The notes: generated from the sequence alone by a model not told the origin. A DNA stretch of 38,509 nt from Candidatus Sungiibacteriota bacterium (GCA_016181585.1 JACOYX010000018.1:1-38509); one strand, 5' to 3'; positions 1 to 10,077 are shown, counted from the stretch's first letter. Numbers and translations are program-made.

Positions 1-99
1 AATTTCGAGGCCTATCGGCTTAGATAAGTCAAGAAATTTTGAAGCGATTTTGGCCTAAATTAAGAAATTGCAGTAGAAGTATCTTTACGCAGTAGGTCT
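1..99 (+). repeat. Partial copy (right half, cut by window edge) of palindromic MITE-like element, family A
   Basis: Near-identical to ~31010-31107 (ggcctatcggcttagataag..aagaaattttgaagcgattttggcctaaattaagaaattgcagtagaagtatcttt.cgcagtaggtct). Confidence 0.9.
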
Positions 100-173
100 C
101 TTAAGTAAATCTCCGTATCATCCAAACTATTACCATTCGTAGCGTGGAGAAAAGCGGGCGTCAAACCATCGCG

Positions 174-182
174 TGTGGATAA
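174..182 (-). promoter_or_regulatory. DnaA box
   Basis: TGTGGATAA is the reverse complement of consensus TTATCCACA; lies just upstream of a -35 hexamer. Confidence 0.5.
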
Positions 183-193
183 CACAAAGAACC

Positions 194-233
194 TTGACAA
201 TTGTTTATAAATAAAGTATTGTTATTTATAAAC
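194..233 (+). promoter_or_regulatory. Sigma70-type promoter overlapped by an inverted repeat
   Basis: TTGACA(194-199)-17 bp-TATTGT(217-222); inverted repeat gtttataaataa-N7-ttatttataaac (203-233). Confidence 0.65.
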
Positions 234-266
234 TAAGAATGTTCTTTACAAGGAAAGGATGGGGAT

Positions 267-779
267 ATGAGTAAAACCCACAGGTTTTTCATTTGTTTTT
301 TATGTTCGGTTGCGTTCGTGTTAAACGGATGCTCCGGAACTAATTATCGCGGGGAAGGTGCTGTTTTGGGCGGACTTATTGGCGCCGGAGCGGGACTTGC
401 CGCATGCAGAGGAAACCCAATATGCGCAGGAGCCGCTGGTGCGGGCGGTGCTGTGTTGGGAGCGGGACTTGGTATGATGTTCGACAAAAAGGAGGGGAAA
501 TACGAGCAACAACTCTCTTTGAGAGCAAAGGAGCTCAAGCTCTATGAAGAATGCGTGCGGCTCGTGGAATATCAACCTTCTGAATTAGCTTTGCAGAGGT
601 ATGAAGTATACGGCGGACATCCGTCGCAATACTTACCTCCGCAACAACTGGCAAAAATCGGAAAGTGCCGGCAAATGTTTTCTCAACTATTTTCTCCTTC
701 ACTAGAAGAAGAACAAGAGGAAGAAACAAGGCAATATCAACAACACTACGAAGAGGAGAGTGAATATGAAGAAGAGTAG
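267..779 (+). CDS. Putative lipoprotein with glycine-zipper region and acidic tail
   Basis: Signal peptide with lipobox-like LNGC; GAVLGGLIGAGAG / GGAVLGAGLG motifs; purine-rich RBS. Confidence 0.75.
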   Translation: MSKTHRFFICFLCSVAFVLNGCSGTNYRGEGAVLGGLIGAGAGLAACRGNPICAGAAGAGGAVLGAGLGMMFDKKEGKYEQQLSLRAKELKLYEECVRLVEYQPSELALQRYEVYGGHPSQYLPPQQLAKIGKCRQMFSQLFSPSLEEEQEEETRQYQQHYEEESEYEEE

Positions 780-1731
780 CGTGGTAATCGTTTTTCTATT
801 TTTTTTATGTATTATTGTGGAGCATGCGAACGCGGCGGGGATTGCGTTTGCAAAGAAAGAGCTTACAAAAGATTCACTTGCGGACGCGCTAGAAGCGGAG
901 GAACTAGCCGCTCGTGAAAAACGAGCTGATGAAAAAAAATCTTTATTGGCCGTCCGCGATGCGCTTCTGAATGCTACTTGCGGCCAGTATGTGCAGGGGA
1001 TGGAGATTCTTCACCCAAAAGCAGGGGTGGAGAGTTGTGAAGGGATGCGGGCGTATGTAAGCGACTTAACAGAGGAACGAATCCCTGTTGATGCAAAAAT
1101 AAGTTCGTGCCGGCTGATGGTGCCTGGCCGCAGTGTTGATTGTAATTATGTAAGGCCGGTAAGGCCGGGCGAACGAGGACTATACGACCGCAGTATGCAG
1201 AAATTTGTAATTTCCGCTACCTGCGGGAATGTGATCAAAGTTTTGGTAAAAAAGGTGCGTAAAACAAAACAAGGAGAATATGCTCGTCCACGGATGAAAT
1301 TGAGTACATATAGGCCCATGCGGATGTCGCGACCAATGTTTGCTCCAAGTCAGGTAGATTTTGGAGTAGCATACCGTGATTGCCCAGACGGGAGCGATTG
1401 CTGGAGCGCCAATGTGCTCGCAGGGCATGTGGTTGAGGCGGCGGGATTTGTTGGAGGAATGGGAATTCTGGACATTCCGGATACGAACATTTCAAATGAC
1501 TCGTATTCCACTTCGAATGCGACAGCGTCTGGCGGGCGGGCTACAGCAAACGGCGGGAATGTGGTGTTTCAAAAAGGGCAACAACCTGTGCATCCCCACC
1601 CACCCACACCTCCCGGAGGACCAATACATCCCAACCCACCTGACCCGCCTAGGCATATTGGAGGACCGGTACATCCGTATCCTCCTTATGAGTATGGAGG
1701 CGGAGGAGGATATTTCTCTCCTCAACCATAA
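766..1731 (+). CDS. Secreted hypothetical protein, Cys-containing, with Pro/His-rich C-terminus
   Basis: MKK + hydrophobic stretch + ANA signal peptide; GAGGAG RBS; overlaps the upstream stop; terminator follows. Confidence 0.75.
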   Translation: MKKSSVVIVFLFFLCIIVEHANAAGIAFAKKELTKDSLADALEAEELAAREKRADEKKSLLAVRDALLNATCGQYVQGMEILHPKAGVESCEGMRAYVSDLTEERIPVDAKISSCRLMVPGRSVDCNYVRPVRPGERGLYDRSMQKFVISATCGNVIKVLVKKVRKTKQGEYARPRMKLSTYRPMRMSRPMFAPSQVDFGVAYRDCPDGSDCWSANVLAGHVVEAAGFVGGMGILDIPDTNISNDSYSTSNATASGGRATANGGNVVFQKGQQPVHPHPPTPPGGPIHPNPPDPPRHIGGPVHPYPPYEYGGGGGYFSPQP

Positions 1732-1752
1732 GAAGTATAGAGAGTAACACTA

Positions 1753-1786
1753 AACACATGGCGCGGCTTGTCCCGCCATGTGTTTT
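1753..1786 (+). terminator. Rho-independent terminator
   Basis: aacacatggcg...cgccatgtgtttt hairpin with T-tract. Confidence 0.7.
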
Positions 1787-1797
1787 CATTTACTATA

Positions 1798-1912
1798 TAA
1801 CCTCCTGCGCAAATATTTTTCTACTGCAATTTAATAATTTAGGCCAAAATCACTTCAGTGATTTTGGCGCGAATTGAAATTTTGTCACGAAAATCTTTAC
1901 GCATTAGGTCTT
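1798..1912 (-). repeat. Family A element, internally deleted copy in reverse orientation
   Basis: Matches both ends of 30948-31108 in reverse complement and lacks the central ~45 bp. Confidence 0.85.
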
Positions 1913-1956
1913 ATGTTTCAATATGGGTAAAGCGCAGGAAAGGCGCTCTGTATAAT

Positions 1957-1985
1957 TTGACTTATATATAGTATTTTGATATAAT
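1957..1985 (+). promoter_or_regulatory. Sigma70-type promoter with extended -10
   Basis: TTGACT-17 bp-TATAAT, with TGn before the -10. Confidence 0.7.
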
Positions 1986-2098
1986 AATATTATTAATAAA
2001 AAACGTCGTATTTTGCTTTATATAAACTAAAAAAGCCTTAATTAAGGCCTAATATGGATAATGGTAGGAGGGAAGAGGCGGGGGGATTATATCTATTT

Positions 2099-4324
2099 AT
2101 GAACACCATGAAGACTACATTTATACGGAGCATCTCGGCTTCCGCCGTGCTGTTTTTTGCTTTAGCACTCACCATAAACCCTGTTTTTGCGGTAGTATTG
2201 AACAACGACCCGCAAGATCCGGCTACTTTGCGTGCTATGAATTTTACCCGGCAAGGGATAACCAATACTCAATGGTTCACCTCTGTCAACGGAAGTCAGA
2301 ATGAGGTTATAAGTTTCGCTATTTATTATCATAATACTTCAAGCGAAACCGCACAGAATGTGCGTATCACTTTGAATCCGCAGTCCACTTCTGTAGGCGT
2401 CAATCATTCTTTTAATGCAACGGTGCGCGCAAGCAATGCGCCGACAGTGTCGGGCGCGGCTTCAGTCAATATTTCAAGCGCGCAATCTATGGCGTTTGTC
2501 CCGGGATCGGTCGTGTGGCGCCCAAACCAGACAGTGGCGGGATCGCAGACGCTTCCTTACGGGCAAAACGGCAGTGAAATTTTCACCTCAAGCGGTTTGC
2601 GCATCGGCGATATAGCTCCAGGCTGGAGCACGCAAGGATCGGTTGTTTTGCATTTCAAAATTTCCGGCGCACAATCAACGCAAGCGCCGACTGTTTATCT
2701 CTCGGCAAACCCCACTTCGATTAACCAAGGATCATTTTCAACACTCTCGTGGAATTCGACGAATGCAGGTTCTTGTTTTGCATCAAACGGGTGGTCCGGA
2801 CAAAAATCCCTTTCAGGTTCGGAGCAAGTAAACCCTTCGTACACTACTTCATATACTATTACTTGCACAAACTCACAGGGACAGAGTGCCACACAGAGTG
2901 TGACGGTTTTTGTGAATCAGCAACAGCAGGATCTTCCGACTGTTTCTATTACTGCCAGTCCAACTTCTGTTTCCCAAGGGCAATCAACGGTATTAACATG
3001 GACTTCGTCCAATGCGACTTCTTGTTCTGCTTCATTTAGTTGGTGGGGCACAAAACCGCTTTCGGGAAGCGAAGTGGTTGTGCCGGTGAATGTCAGTGGA
3101 AGCAATATCTATCGCATAATGTGCAGTAATTCATTTGGATCGCGCTCGGATGAGATAAACGTGGACGTATATCAAGCGCAAAATTTGAGCGTATCGCTTA
3201 CCGCGAGTCAAACCAGCGTGAACGCGGGAAATCCAGTCACTCTTTATTGGAGTTCCACCAATGCAAATTCCTGTTTTGCCACCAATGGGTGGTCGGGCAC
3301 AAAAACATTTTCTGGAAATGAAATCGTCTACCCACAGACTACTACGACATATACTATTACTTGTCAGGGTTCGAGTAACCAACAGCGCTACGAAAGCGTA
3401 ACTATTACCGTCAATCAGCAAACGCCCACGGTTTCAATTACCGCAAACCCAACACAAATTTATCAAGGAGGATCTTCTGTGCTTGTTTGGAATTCAAACA
3501 ACACTAATTCCTGCTACGCGACCGGCGCATGGTCAGGATCAAAATCAACTTCAGGATCGCAGACGGCGTATCCTTCGGTAACCAGCACCTATACAATCGT
3601 TTGCACCGGTTCAGCCGGGTTGCAGACTCAATCGAGTGTTACGGTCTCCGTAATTCCTACCACAACCCCTCCTCCGCCAACACAAATTTTTAATGCGGCA
3701 TGCGTTCCGGATTCTTCGGTAGTGCGCGTGGGACAGCGGGTAGAATTTTTTGCGGGAACATCTGACGGGGCGCGGCCGCTTTACTACAGATGGAGCGGTG
3801 CGGTAAACGGTTCTTCGGAATCGGTAAGCACGACATTCAACTCAACCGGAACTAAAACCGCATACCTTACTATTACCGATGCTACAGGAAAAAAGGCGAG
3901 CGCAAATTGTTCAGCGAAGGTGCTTGCGGCGGTGGTGACTAGTGCTACTCCGAAACCCAAACCAGTTCCGCCTCCGGCACAGCCCCCCTGCACTTACTAC
4001 TGCATTCCGGTCATTATGCAGGGAGGGGTGATGTATCCGGCATATCCGAATATGCCGCAAGGACAGGCGCCAGAGCAATGGCAAATGTCTCCGACATGGC
4101 AGGTTCCGCCGGGACAAATTGATCCGAGCAGTGGTTTTGGTGCAAATACAGCCAAAAATAACGGAAGCGAGAAATCAACGCTCGCATCGATTCTTTTAAC
4201 CGATGATGGCGCGCCGCGCAGTGGAATAATGTTCCTATTCTATCTTTTCCTATTATCAATCCTAGCACTGATTATTTTCGCGATTTACTCCATGATCGTA
4301 CGTTCGCGAAAGCCGATGATTTAA
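2099..4324 (+). CDS. Large cell-surface protein with repeated Ig/PKD-like beta domains and a C-terminal membrane anchor
   Basis: Signal peptide; four ~85-aa repeats (V.l/itA.ptsv..G....L.W.S.Na.SC.As..WsG.K..SGse.v.P..t..YtI.C); Pro-rich linker; C-terminal TM helix. Start could be 2054, 2099 or 2108. Confidence 0.85.
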   Translation: MNTMKTTFIRSISASAVLFFALALTINPVFAVVLNNDPQDPATLRAMNFTRQGITNTQWFTSVNGSQNEVISFAIYYHNTSSETAQNVRITLNPQSTSVGVNHSFNATVRASNAPTVSGAASVNISSAQSMAFVPGSVVWRPNQTVAGSQTLPYGQNGSEIFTSSGLRIGDIAPGWSTQGSVVLHFKISGAQSTQAPTVYLSANPTSINQGSFSTLSWNSTNAGSCFASNGWSGQKSLSGSEQVNPSYTTSYTITCTNSQGQSATQSVTVFVNQQQQDLPTVSITASPTSVSQGQSTVLTWTSSNATSCSASFSWWGTKPLSGSEVVVPVNVSGSNIYRIMCSNSFGSRSDEINVDVYQAQNLSVSLTASQTSVNAGNPVTLYWSSTNANSCFATNGWSGTKTFSGNEIVYPQTTTTYTITCQGSSNQQRYESVTITVNQQTPTVSITANPTQIYQGGSSVLVWNSNNTNSCYATGAWSGSKSTSGSQTAYPSVTSTYTIVCTGSAGLQTQSSVTVSVIPTTTPPPPTQIFNAACVPDSSVVRVGQRVEFFAGTSDGARPLYYRWSGAVNGSSESVSTTFNSTGTKTAYLTITDATGKKASANCSAKVLAAVVTSATPKPKPVPPPAQPPCTYYCIPVIMQGGVMYPAYPNMPQGQAPEQWQMSPTWQVPPGQIDPSSGFGANTAKNNGSEKSTLASILLTDDGAPRSGIMFLFYLFLLSILALIIFAIYSMIVRSRKPMI

Positions 4325-4336
4325 TGTGTACTGCAC

Positions 4337-4366
4337 AAAAACCCCTCGCCGCGGCTAGGGGTTTTT
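4337..4366 (+). terminator. Rho-independent terminator
   Basis: aaaacccct..gccgcggc..aggggtttt hairpin. Confidence 0.65.
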
Positions 4367-4369
4367 GGT

Positions 4370-4398
4370 TTGACTTTATTGGTTTTGTATGCTATGCT
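4370..4398 (+). promoter_or_regulatory. Sigma70-type promoter
   Basis: TTGACT-17 bp-TATGCT with TGn extension. Confidence 0.6.
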
Positions 4399-4559
4399 TA
4401 AAGAGTATTCTTTATCAATTGCTTAACCTTGTCGGCGCTGTGTGTGTTGGAGTGAATGCACATAATCAAAAAGCATGGCCGATATTGGGGCTTGAAGTGG
4501 TTTGGGTCATAATATCGGCAGTGGGTTTAATACGAATTTTTTGCGGAAGGGAGTGAAAA

Positions 4560-4949
4560 ATGGTAAGAGGATTAGTTTTTGTGTTCTTTATGGTGGTTTG
4601 TGGCGGGTGCGCCGCGGCGCTGGATCCGGTAGGATATTACGATTCCACGCCGCGGTATGGCACATATTACGGTCGCGATGTATATGGGCGGCCGTATTAC
4701 GAGCGGATGCGGGGTGATGATCATCGGCGTCATCATAAAAAAAAGAAGAGACACCATCATTCTAGTGTTCGTGGAGGAACCTCGTATGGCGGCGGCCGTA
4801 TTCCTGGGCCACCAAATATGCAACGTGTTATCCCTCCGCCTTCGGGTTCTCGGTATGGCGGCGGAGGATATTCTGGCGGAGGGAGCATGACGCCAGCCGG
4901 CCGTGAGTTTCGAGGTAGGCGGGTCAGACCGCGGCAAAGACAGAGGTAA
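4560..4949 (+). CDS. Putative lipoprotein, low complexity (Arg/Gly/Tyr/His-rich)
   Basis: Hydrophobic N-terminus ending CGGC; AAGGGAG RBS; two hairpins downstream. Confidence 0.65.
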   Translation: MVRGLVFVFFMVVCGGCAAALDPVGYYDSTPRYGTYYGRDVYGRPYYERMRGDDHRRHHKKKKRHHHSSVRGGTSYGGGRIPGPPNMQRVIPPPSGSRYGGGGYSGGGSMTPAGREFRGRRVRPRQRQR

Positions 4950-4987
4950 AAACTGCCTAGCATCATCAGAAGATGCTAGGCCACAAC

Positions 4988-5021
4988 AAAACCGTTATTT
5001 CTTCATTGAAATAACGGTTTT
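4988..5021. terminator. Rho-independent terminator
   Basis: aaaaccgttatttc-N6-gaaataacggtttt perfect 14-bp stem. Confidence 0.7.
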
Positions 5022-5052
5022 AATTTTCCCAAAAATACGCTAGGGTAGTGAT

Positions 5053-5517
5053 ATGGAGAAGGCAGTCATTCATACAAAAAACGCCGAGGAGACGCAAAAA
5101 ATTGCCAAAAAATTTGCTGAATCGGTAAAAAAAATCAGTTCGGATAATGCGGTAGTAATCGCGCTTGAGGGAGAATTGGGTGCGGGAAAAACAACCTTTG
5201 TGCAGGGGTTTATGCAAAGTTTCGGCATTACGGAACATGTGGTGAGCCCTACCTTTGTTGTTATGAAAATGTATGCCGTAAAAAAAGAGACGCGCCATCT
5301 TGTGCACATAGATTGCTATCGCCTCGATTCGCCGCAGGAAATTTTGCATTTAGGGTTTGAAAATATACTTCAAGATCGCGATGCGGTAATTTTGATCGAA
5401 TGGGCGGAGAAAATTAAAGAATTATTGCCGGAAGATGCGATATGGATAAAATTTGAGTATGGCGGCAAGCCGGAGGAAAGAATTCTTCAAATTAAAAATG
5501 AGAAAATCAAAGTGTAA
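5053..5517 (+). CDS. tsaE: tRNA threonylcarbamoyladenosine biosynthesis ATPase TsaE
   Basis: GELGAGKTT Walker A; SPTF, HIDCYRL and IEW motifs. Confidence 0.96.
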   Translation: MEKAVIHTKNAEETQKIAKKFAESVKKISSDNAVVIALEGELGAGKTTFVQGFMQSFGITEHVVSPTFVVMKMYAVKKETRHLVHIDCYRLDSPQEILHLGFENILQDRDAVILIEWAEKIKELLPEDAIWIKFEYGGKPEERILQIKNEKIKV

Positions 5518-5594
5518 AATTATGGTATCCGGTCCGCCGCGGCGGGCGGTATGGATTTATGTCATTTTGCATTTTGATTTTTTATTTTTAATTT
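5489..5594. repeat. Imperfect inverted-repeat element (family C) overlapping the tsaE stop
   Basis: aaattaaaaatgagaaaatcaaagtgtaaaat pairs with attttgcattttgattttttatttttaattt around a GC-rich core; related arm at ~34655-34685. Confidence 0.55.
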
Positions 5595-5598
5595 TTTT

Positions 5599-8265
5599 AT
5601 GAATCGCTTTATTTTAATAGACGCGCACGCCATCATTCACCGCGCGTATCACGCGCTTCCGCCGTTGACCAGTTCTTCGGGCGAGCCGGTGAATGCGGTG
5701 TATGGTTTTACCACCATTCTCTTGCGGATGCTCCGCGAATTGAAACCGAATTATGTTGCGGCGGCTTTTGATTTGGCGGGGCCAACTTTCCGCCATGCGG
5801 CATACGAGCGTTACAAAGCGCATCGGCCGGAAACGCCGAGCGATCTTTCTAGCCAATTCAATAAAGTTAAGCGCGTGCTCGATTCGTTCGGAATTGCGAT
5901 TTTCGAAAAAGAAGGATACGAGGCGGATGATATTATCGGCACCATCGCAAAAAAAACCGCAAAAGATAAAGAGCTTGAGGTTATTGTGGTGACGGGAGAT
6001 ATGGACACACTGCAATTAATCCGCCCGCGCCTCAATGTGTATGCCATGAAAAAAGGTGTGAGCGATATTATGATCTACGGCGCGAAGGAAGTAAAAGAGC
6101 GCTACGGCGTCACTCCCGAAGAGATGATTGATTTTAAAGGGCTTAAAGGCGATCCTTCGGATAATATCCCGGGAGTAAAGGGTATTGGCGAAAAAACCGC
6201 AACACTCCTTATTCAAGAATTCGGTTCGATCGAGGGAATTTACGCGGCGCTCAAAAAAAAGAACAAAAAAATTTCTCCCGCGGTTGCCGCGCGCCTCGAG
6301 GCGGGAGCGGAAGAAGCAAAATTTTCGCGTGATCTTTCAACTATTGAGACCAATGTGCCGATTAGTTTTGACCTTGAAAAAGTCCGCTATCAAGATGGTG
6401 TTCCCGAACGTGCGCTTGATCTTTTTCAGAATTTCGGTTTCCATGGTCTTCTGAAGCGCATTCGCGGCGAAGCGTCTCCTGCGGCTAAGTCAGGAAAAAA
6501 AGAAAAAGCTGTCACCATGCAAGTTGCTATGTTTGGGGATGCGGGAGGCGAGCGCAAAACCGCGGTACTTGCTCCGGAAAGCGAAAAAGAGTGGAGCGCG
6601 TTTTTTGCGCGCGCAGGAAAAAGCAAGGTTGGGCTGATTCTTTATTCCGCAGACACTGAAGGCGCTCCTCAACTTTTTCTTATTGCCGAAGATTTGAAAG
6701 ATGTGCTTCAAATATCCCCGAAAATTTTGCGCATCGCCTCGGTTAAAAAATATTTTTCCGAGCATGCCGGTATTTGGACATACGGCGCAAAGGCAATCAT
6801 TCATTTTTTCCGCGCATTTGGCATAGAACTTGCGGAAGTGCGCTATGATCTGGAGCTTGCCGCCTATTTGACCGGAGAATTCAGCAGGGATTTTTCGTAC
6901 ATCGGCATTGCGAGCCGCGAGTTGGGTCGTTTGGTTAGTCAAGATCCGCGGGAAGAGTTTGCTCATTTTTTTGAGATTGCGCATATGCTAGAAAAAAAAC
7001 TTGCCGAACGAAATTTGGGGAAGGTCATGTTTGATATTGACTTGCCGCTCATGCGGATTCTCGCAGAAATGGAGGAACGCGGGGTACTGCTCGACTGCGG
7101 TTTTTTGGAAAAACTTTCAGTGGAAATTGGCGGGGAAATTGATACGCTTACCAAAGAAATTTATAAACACGCGGAAGAAGAATTTAACATAAATTCCTCG
7201 CAGCAGCTGTCAAAAATTCTTTTTGAAAAACTGGGTATAAAAACGCACGGGCTTCGCAAAACGGAAAAAGGAGGAGTTATTTCAACAAGCGCTTCCGAGC
7301 TCGAAAAGTTGCGCAATCTGCATCCGGTGATCGATCTGATCCTCCGCTATCGCGAGCTTGCCAAACTCAAAACAACGTATGTGGACGCACTGCCGCGCTT
7401 GATTAACAAAAACACCGGCAGGCTTCACACCACCTTTCATCAGACAGTGGCCGCTACGGGACGGCTTTCTTCTTCAGATCCCAATCTGCAGAATATCCCG
7501 ATTATGTCCGAGGATGGCCGAGAGGTGCGTAAAGCATTTGTTGCGGAAAAAGGGTTTGCGTTGGTGGCGTTTGATTATTCGCAAATCGAACTTCGCGTAG
7601 CGGCGTCTCTGGCAAAAGACGAAAAAATGACCGATGCCTTTCGCAAAGGAATCGATATTCACGCGCTTACGGCATCTGAAGTGTACAATGTGCCGCTTGA
7701 GAAAGTTACCGCCGATCTCCGCCGCGCCGCCAAAACGCTCAATTTCGGTATTCTCTACGGCATGGGGCCGCAGTCGCTTGCGGAGCAGACTGGTATGGCG
7801 CGCGACGAGGCAAAGAAATTTATTGAAGAATATTTCCGCGATTTTTCCGGCGTACGGACATTTATCGAAGCGACAAAAACCAAAACGGAGCAGGATGGCT
7901 ATGTAGAAACACTGTTCGGGCGCAGGCGCTATATTCCGGAAATTTATTCCGCGAATTGGCAGTTGAAACGTGAAGCGGAGCGGATGGCGGTGAATGCGCC
8001 GGTGCAGGGTACGGCGGCGGATATTGTAAAGCTTGCGATGATACAAGTTGCAGGATGGATTAAAAAAAACAAAAAAGAAGATAGTGTACTGCTTTTACTG
8101 CAGGTGCACGATGAACTGGTATTTGAAATCAAGGAAGGTATAAAGGATGCGGTGATTTCTGAAATAAAAAAAATAATGGAGCAAGCGGCTGATATTGGCG
8201 TGCCTTTGGTGGTGGATGTTAAGGTGGGGAGGAACTGGGGGGAGATGGACGTGTTCGCATGTTGA
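5599..8265 (+). CDS. polA: DNA polymerase I
   Basis: 5'-3' exonuclease motifs (RAYHALP, EADD, GDPSDNIPGV); polymerase motifs DYSQIELR, AKTLNFGILYG, QVHDELV; 3'-5' exo domain looks degenerate. Confidence 0.98.
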   Translation: MNRFILIDAHAIIHRAYHALPPLTSSSGEPVNAVYGFTTILLRMLRELKPNYVAAAFDLAGPTFRHAAYERYKAHRPETPSDLSSQFNKVKRVLDSFGIAIFEKEGYEADDIIGTIAKKTAKDKELEVIVVTGDMDTLQLIRPRLNVYAMKKGVSDIMIYGAKEVKERYGVTPEEMIDFKGLKGDPSDNIPGVKGIGEKTATLLIQEFGSIEGIYAALKKKNKKISPAVAARLEAGAEEAKFSRDLSTIETNVPISFDLEKVRYQDGVPERALDLFQNFGFHGLLKRIRGEASPAAKSGKKEKAVTMQVAMFGDAGGERKTAVLAPESEKEWSAFFARAGKSKVGLILYSADTEGAPQLFLIAEDLKDVLQISPKILRIASVKKYFSEHAGIWTYGAKAIIHFFRAFGIELAEVRYDLELAAYLTGEFSRDFSYIGIASRELGRLVSQDPREEFAHFFEIAHMLEKKLAERNLGKVMFDIDLPLMRILAEMEERGVLLDCGFLEKLSVEIGGEIDTLTKEIYKHAEEEFNINSSQQLSKILFEKLGIKTHGLRKTEKGGVISTSASELEKLRNLHPVIDLILRYRELAKLKTTYVDALPRLINKNTGRLHTTFHQTVAATGRLSSSDPNLQNIPIMSEDGREVRKAFVAEKGFALVAFDYSQIELRVAASLAKDEKMTDAFRKGIDIHALTASEVYNVPLEKVTADLRRAAKTLNFGILYGMGPQSLAEQTGMARDEAKKFIEEYFRDFSGVRTFIEATKTKTEQDGYVETLFGRRRYIPEIYSANWQLKREAERMAVNAPVQGTAADIVKLAMIQVAGWIKKNKKEDSVLLLLQVHDELVFEIKEGIKDAVISEIKKIMEQAADIGVPLVVDVKVGRNWGEMDVFAC

Positions 8266-8347
8266 AAGGGCAAGTAAGTTTATTTTGAAACGCGATCGGC
8301 CGCTTCCCGCGGCGGCTGAACTAATCAGCGGGTCTAAGGAATAATAT

Positions 8348-9151
8348 ATGCCGGAGTTGCCAGAGGTAGAAACAATTGTCCGTGCGGTGAAGCCCTATGC
8401 GGAGGGCAAGAAAATACAGGCGATTCGTTCCGATACGCCGCGGCTTTTTCGCGAGTGCAAAAGTTTCGGGGCGGTTAAAAAAGCGGTTGAAGGAAAACGC
8501 ATTATAGCATTGGAGCGCATCGGTAAAAATATTGTTTTCCGGCTCGACGGCGAGTATGATTTGTGGCTCCATCTCATGATGTCGGGGAGTTTACTTACGG
8601 GTCGCGAAGCGGGCAAGGAAACATATATTCGTATGGAAATCGAGCTGGATAACGGCAAAAAAATACTTTTCCGCGATATTCGAAAATTCGGAAGAGTGCG
8701 TTTGGTGGAAAAAATTGACACCAGTATGCGACTTGGTCCGGATGCGTTGGTTGTTTCATTTTCGCAGTTTGCTTATATAATCCAGAGAAAGAAAAAGGCG
8801 GTTAAAACGGTGCTTCTGGACCAGTCGCTTGTATGTGGTATTGGCAATATCTATGCCGATGAAATTTTATGGTATGCAGGAGTTATGCCTTTGCGTAATA
8901 CTGATTCGCTTTCTATGGAAGAGATAAAAAAGATTTACAAATATATGAATACGGTGCTCTCCGCCGCGATTCGCGTCGCGGGAACAAGCTTTCGCGACTA
9001 CCGCAAACCGGACGGAAGCGAAGGAGGGTATTTTGCCGCGCGTAAAGTATATCAGCGGACGGGAGAGGCTTGCGCCAAGGACGGTGCGCTTATTCAACGT
9101 ACAATAATAGCACAGCGGGGAACGCATTTTTGCCCCGCGCATCAATTATGA
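8348..9151 (+). CDS. mutM: Formamidopyrimidine-DNA glycosylase
   Basis: N-terminal MPELPEVET; GIGNIYADE H2TH motif; C-terminal Zn-finger-like region (C-AK-D...C-PA-H variant). Confidence 0.96.
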   Translation: MPELPEVETIVRAVKPYAEGKKIQAIRSDTPRLFRECKSFGAVKKAVEGKRIIALERIGKNIVFRLDGEYDLWLHLMMSGSLLTGREAGKETYIRMEIELDNGKKILFRDIRKFGRVRLVEKIDTSMRLGPDALVVSFSQFAYIIQRKKKAVKTVLLDQSLVCGIGNIYADEILWYAGVMPLRNTDSLSMEEIKKIYKYMNTVLSAAIRVAGTSFRDYRKPDGSEGGYFAARKVYQRTGEACAKDGALIQRTIIAQRGTHFCPAHQL

Positions 9152-10077
9152 TATTTGTTTTTCACGGCAAAGACACCTACCACAGTCGCCGCGCTTTAAA
9201 CGCGCACATTCGAGAATATCAAAATAACAACGGTTCAGCGCTGAATATGCACCGGATCGATTGTGAAGAAGAAGGTGTTGGCGATATAAAAAATCTGTGC
9301 GGCGCTGAATCTCTTTTTTCCGCAAAAAAACTAATTATTGCGGAAAACTTTTTGCATAACGGCGCGGAATTCGAAAATATTTTGCCGTCCGTTTCGGCTA
9401 TAGCCGAAACTTCCGATACGACTCTTTTTTTGTGGGAGCGGGCGATTGGCAAGGATTTGAAAAAAAAGTTTTCTAAATTATTTGCCGCGGCGAAGGTAGA
9501 GGAATTTGAAGAATATACGGTAGCGGAGAAACAGAAATTTATTGAAAGTGAAGCAGAAAAACGCGGCATCGTGCTCTCGCGGGAGGAGAGGGAACGGCTT
9601 TTTTTGTGCCGCGATGCATGGGGAATCATAAACACGCTTGACATGCTGATGCTTGGGCGTGATCAAGAGAATGGTAAGGGCGCCGCACTTCCTTTACAAA
9701 TTTTTGCGCTGGGCGATACGTTCCATTCCGCAAGCCCGGGCAGAGCGCTTTCGACGCTATTTGATCTTATTCGCCAAGGGGAAGATGATTTTGGCGTGTT
9801 TGGATATATTTCCGGCCACACCAGAACACTCCTAATTGTGAAAGCATTTGCGGAAATGCGCGAGCCGCTGCCCGCTTCTTTCGGCATACATCCTTTTGTA
9901 ATTAAAAAAACAGCGGCCATTGCGCGCAATGTGCCGATCAGCGAAGTTATTCGTTCATATACTTCTTTTTTTGAAGAAGATGTGCGCATAAAAACCGGCC
10001 TTACCAATCCACAGCACGCTTTGGCATCCATGCTTTGCTCGCGCGCTTTGAGGGGTTTGTTGCCAAATAGCCTGTGA
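9148..10077 (+). CDS. holA: DNA polymerase III subunit delta (divergent)
   Basis: MIFVFHGKD start; SLFSAKKLII; GIHPFVIKK; DVRIKTG; adjacent to rpsT; ATG overlaps the mutM stop. Confidence 0.85.
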   Translation: MIFVFHGKDTYHSRRALNAHIREYQNNNGSALNMHRIDCEEEGVGDIKNLCGAESLFSAKKLIIAENFLHNGAEFENILPSVSAIAETSDTTLFLWERAIGKDLKKKFSKLFAAAKVEEFEEYTVAEKQKFIESEAEKRGIVLSREERERLFLCRDAWGIINTLDMLMLGRDQENGKGAALPLQIFALGDTFHSASPGRALSTLFDLIRQGEDDFGVFGYISGHTRTLLIVKAFAEMREPLPASFGIHPFVIKKTAAIARNVPISEVIRSYTSFFEEDVRIKTGLTNPQHALASMLCSRALRGLLPNSL

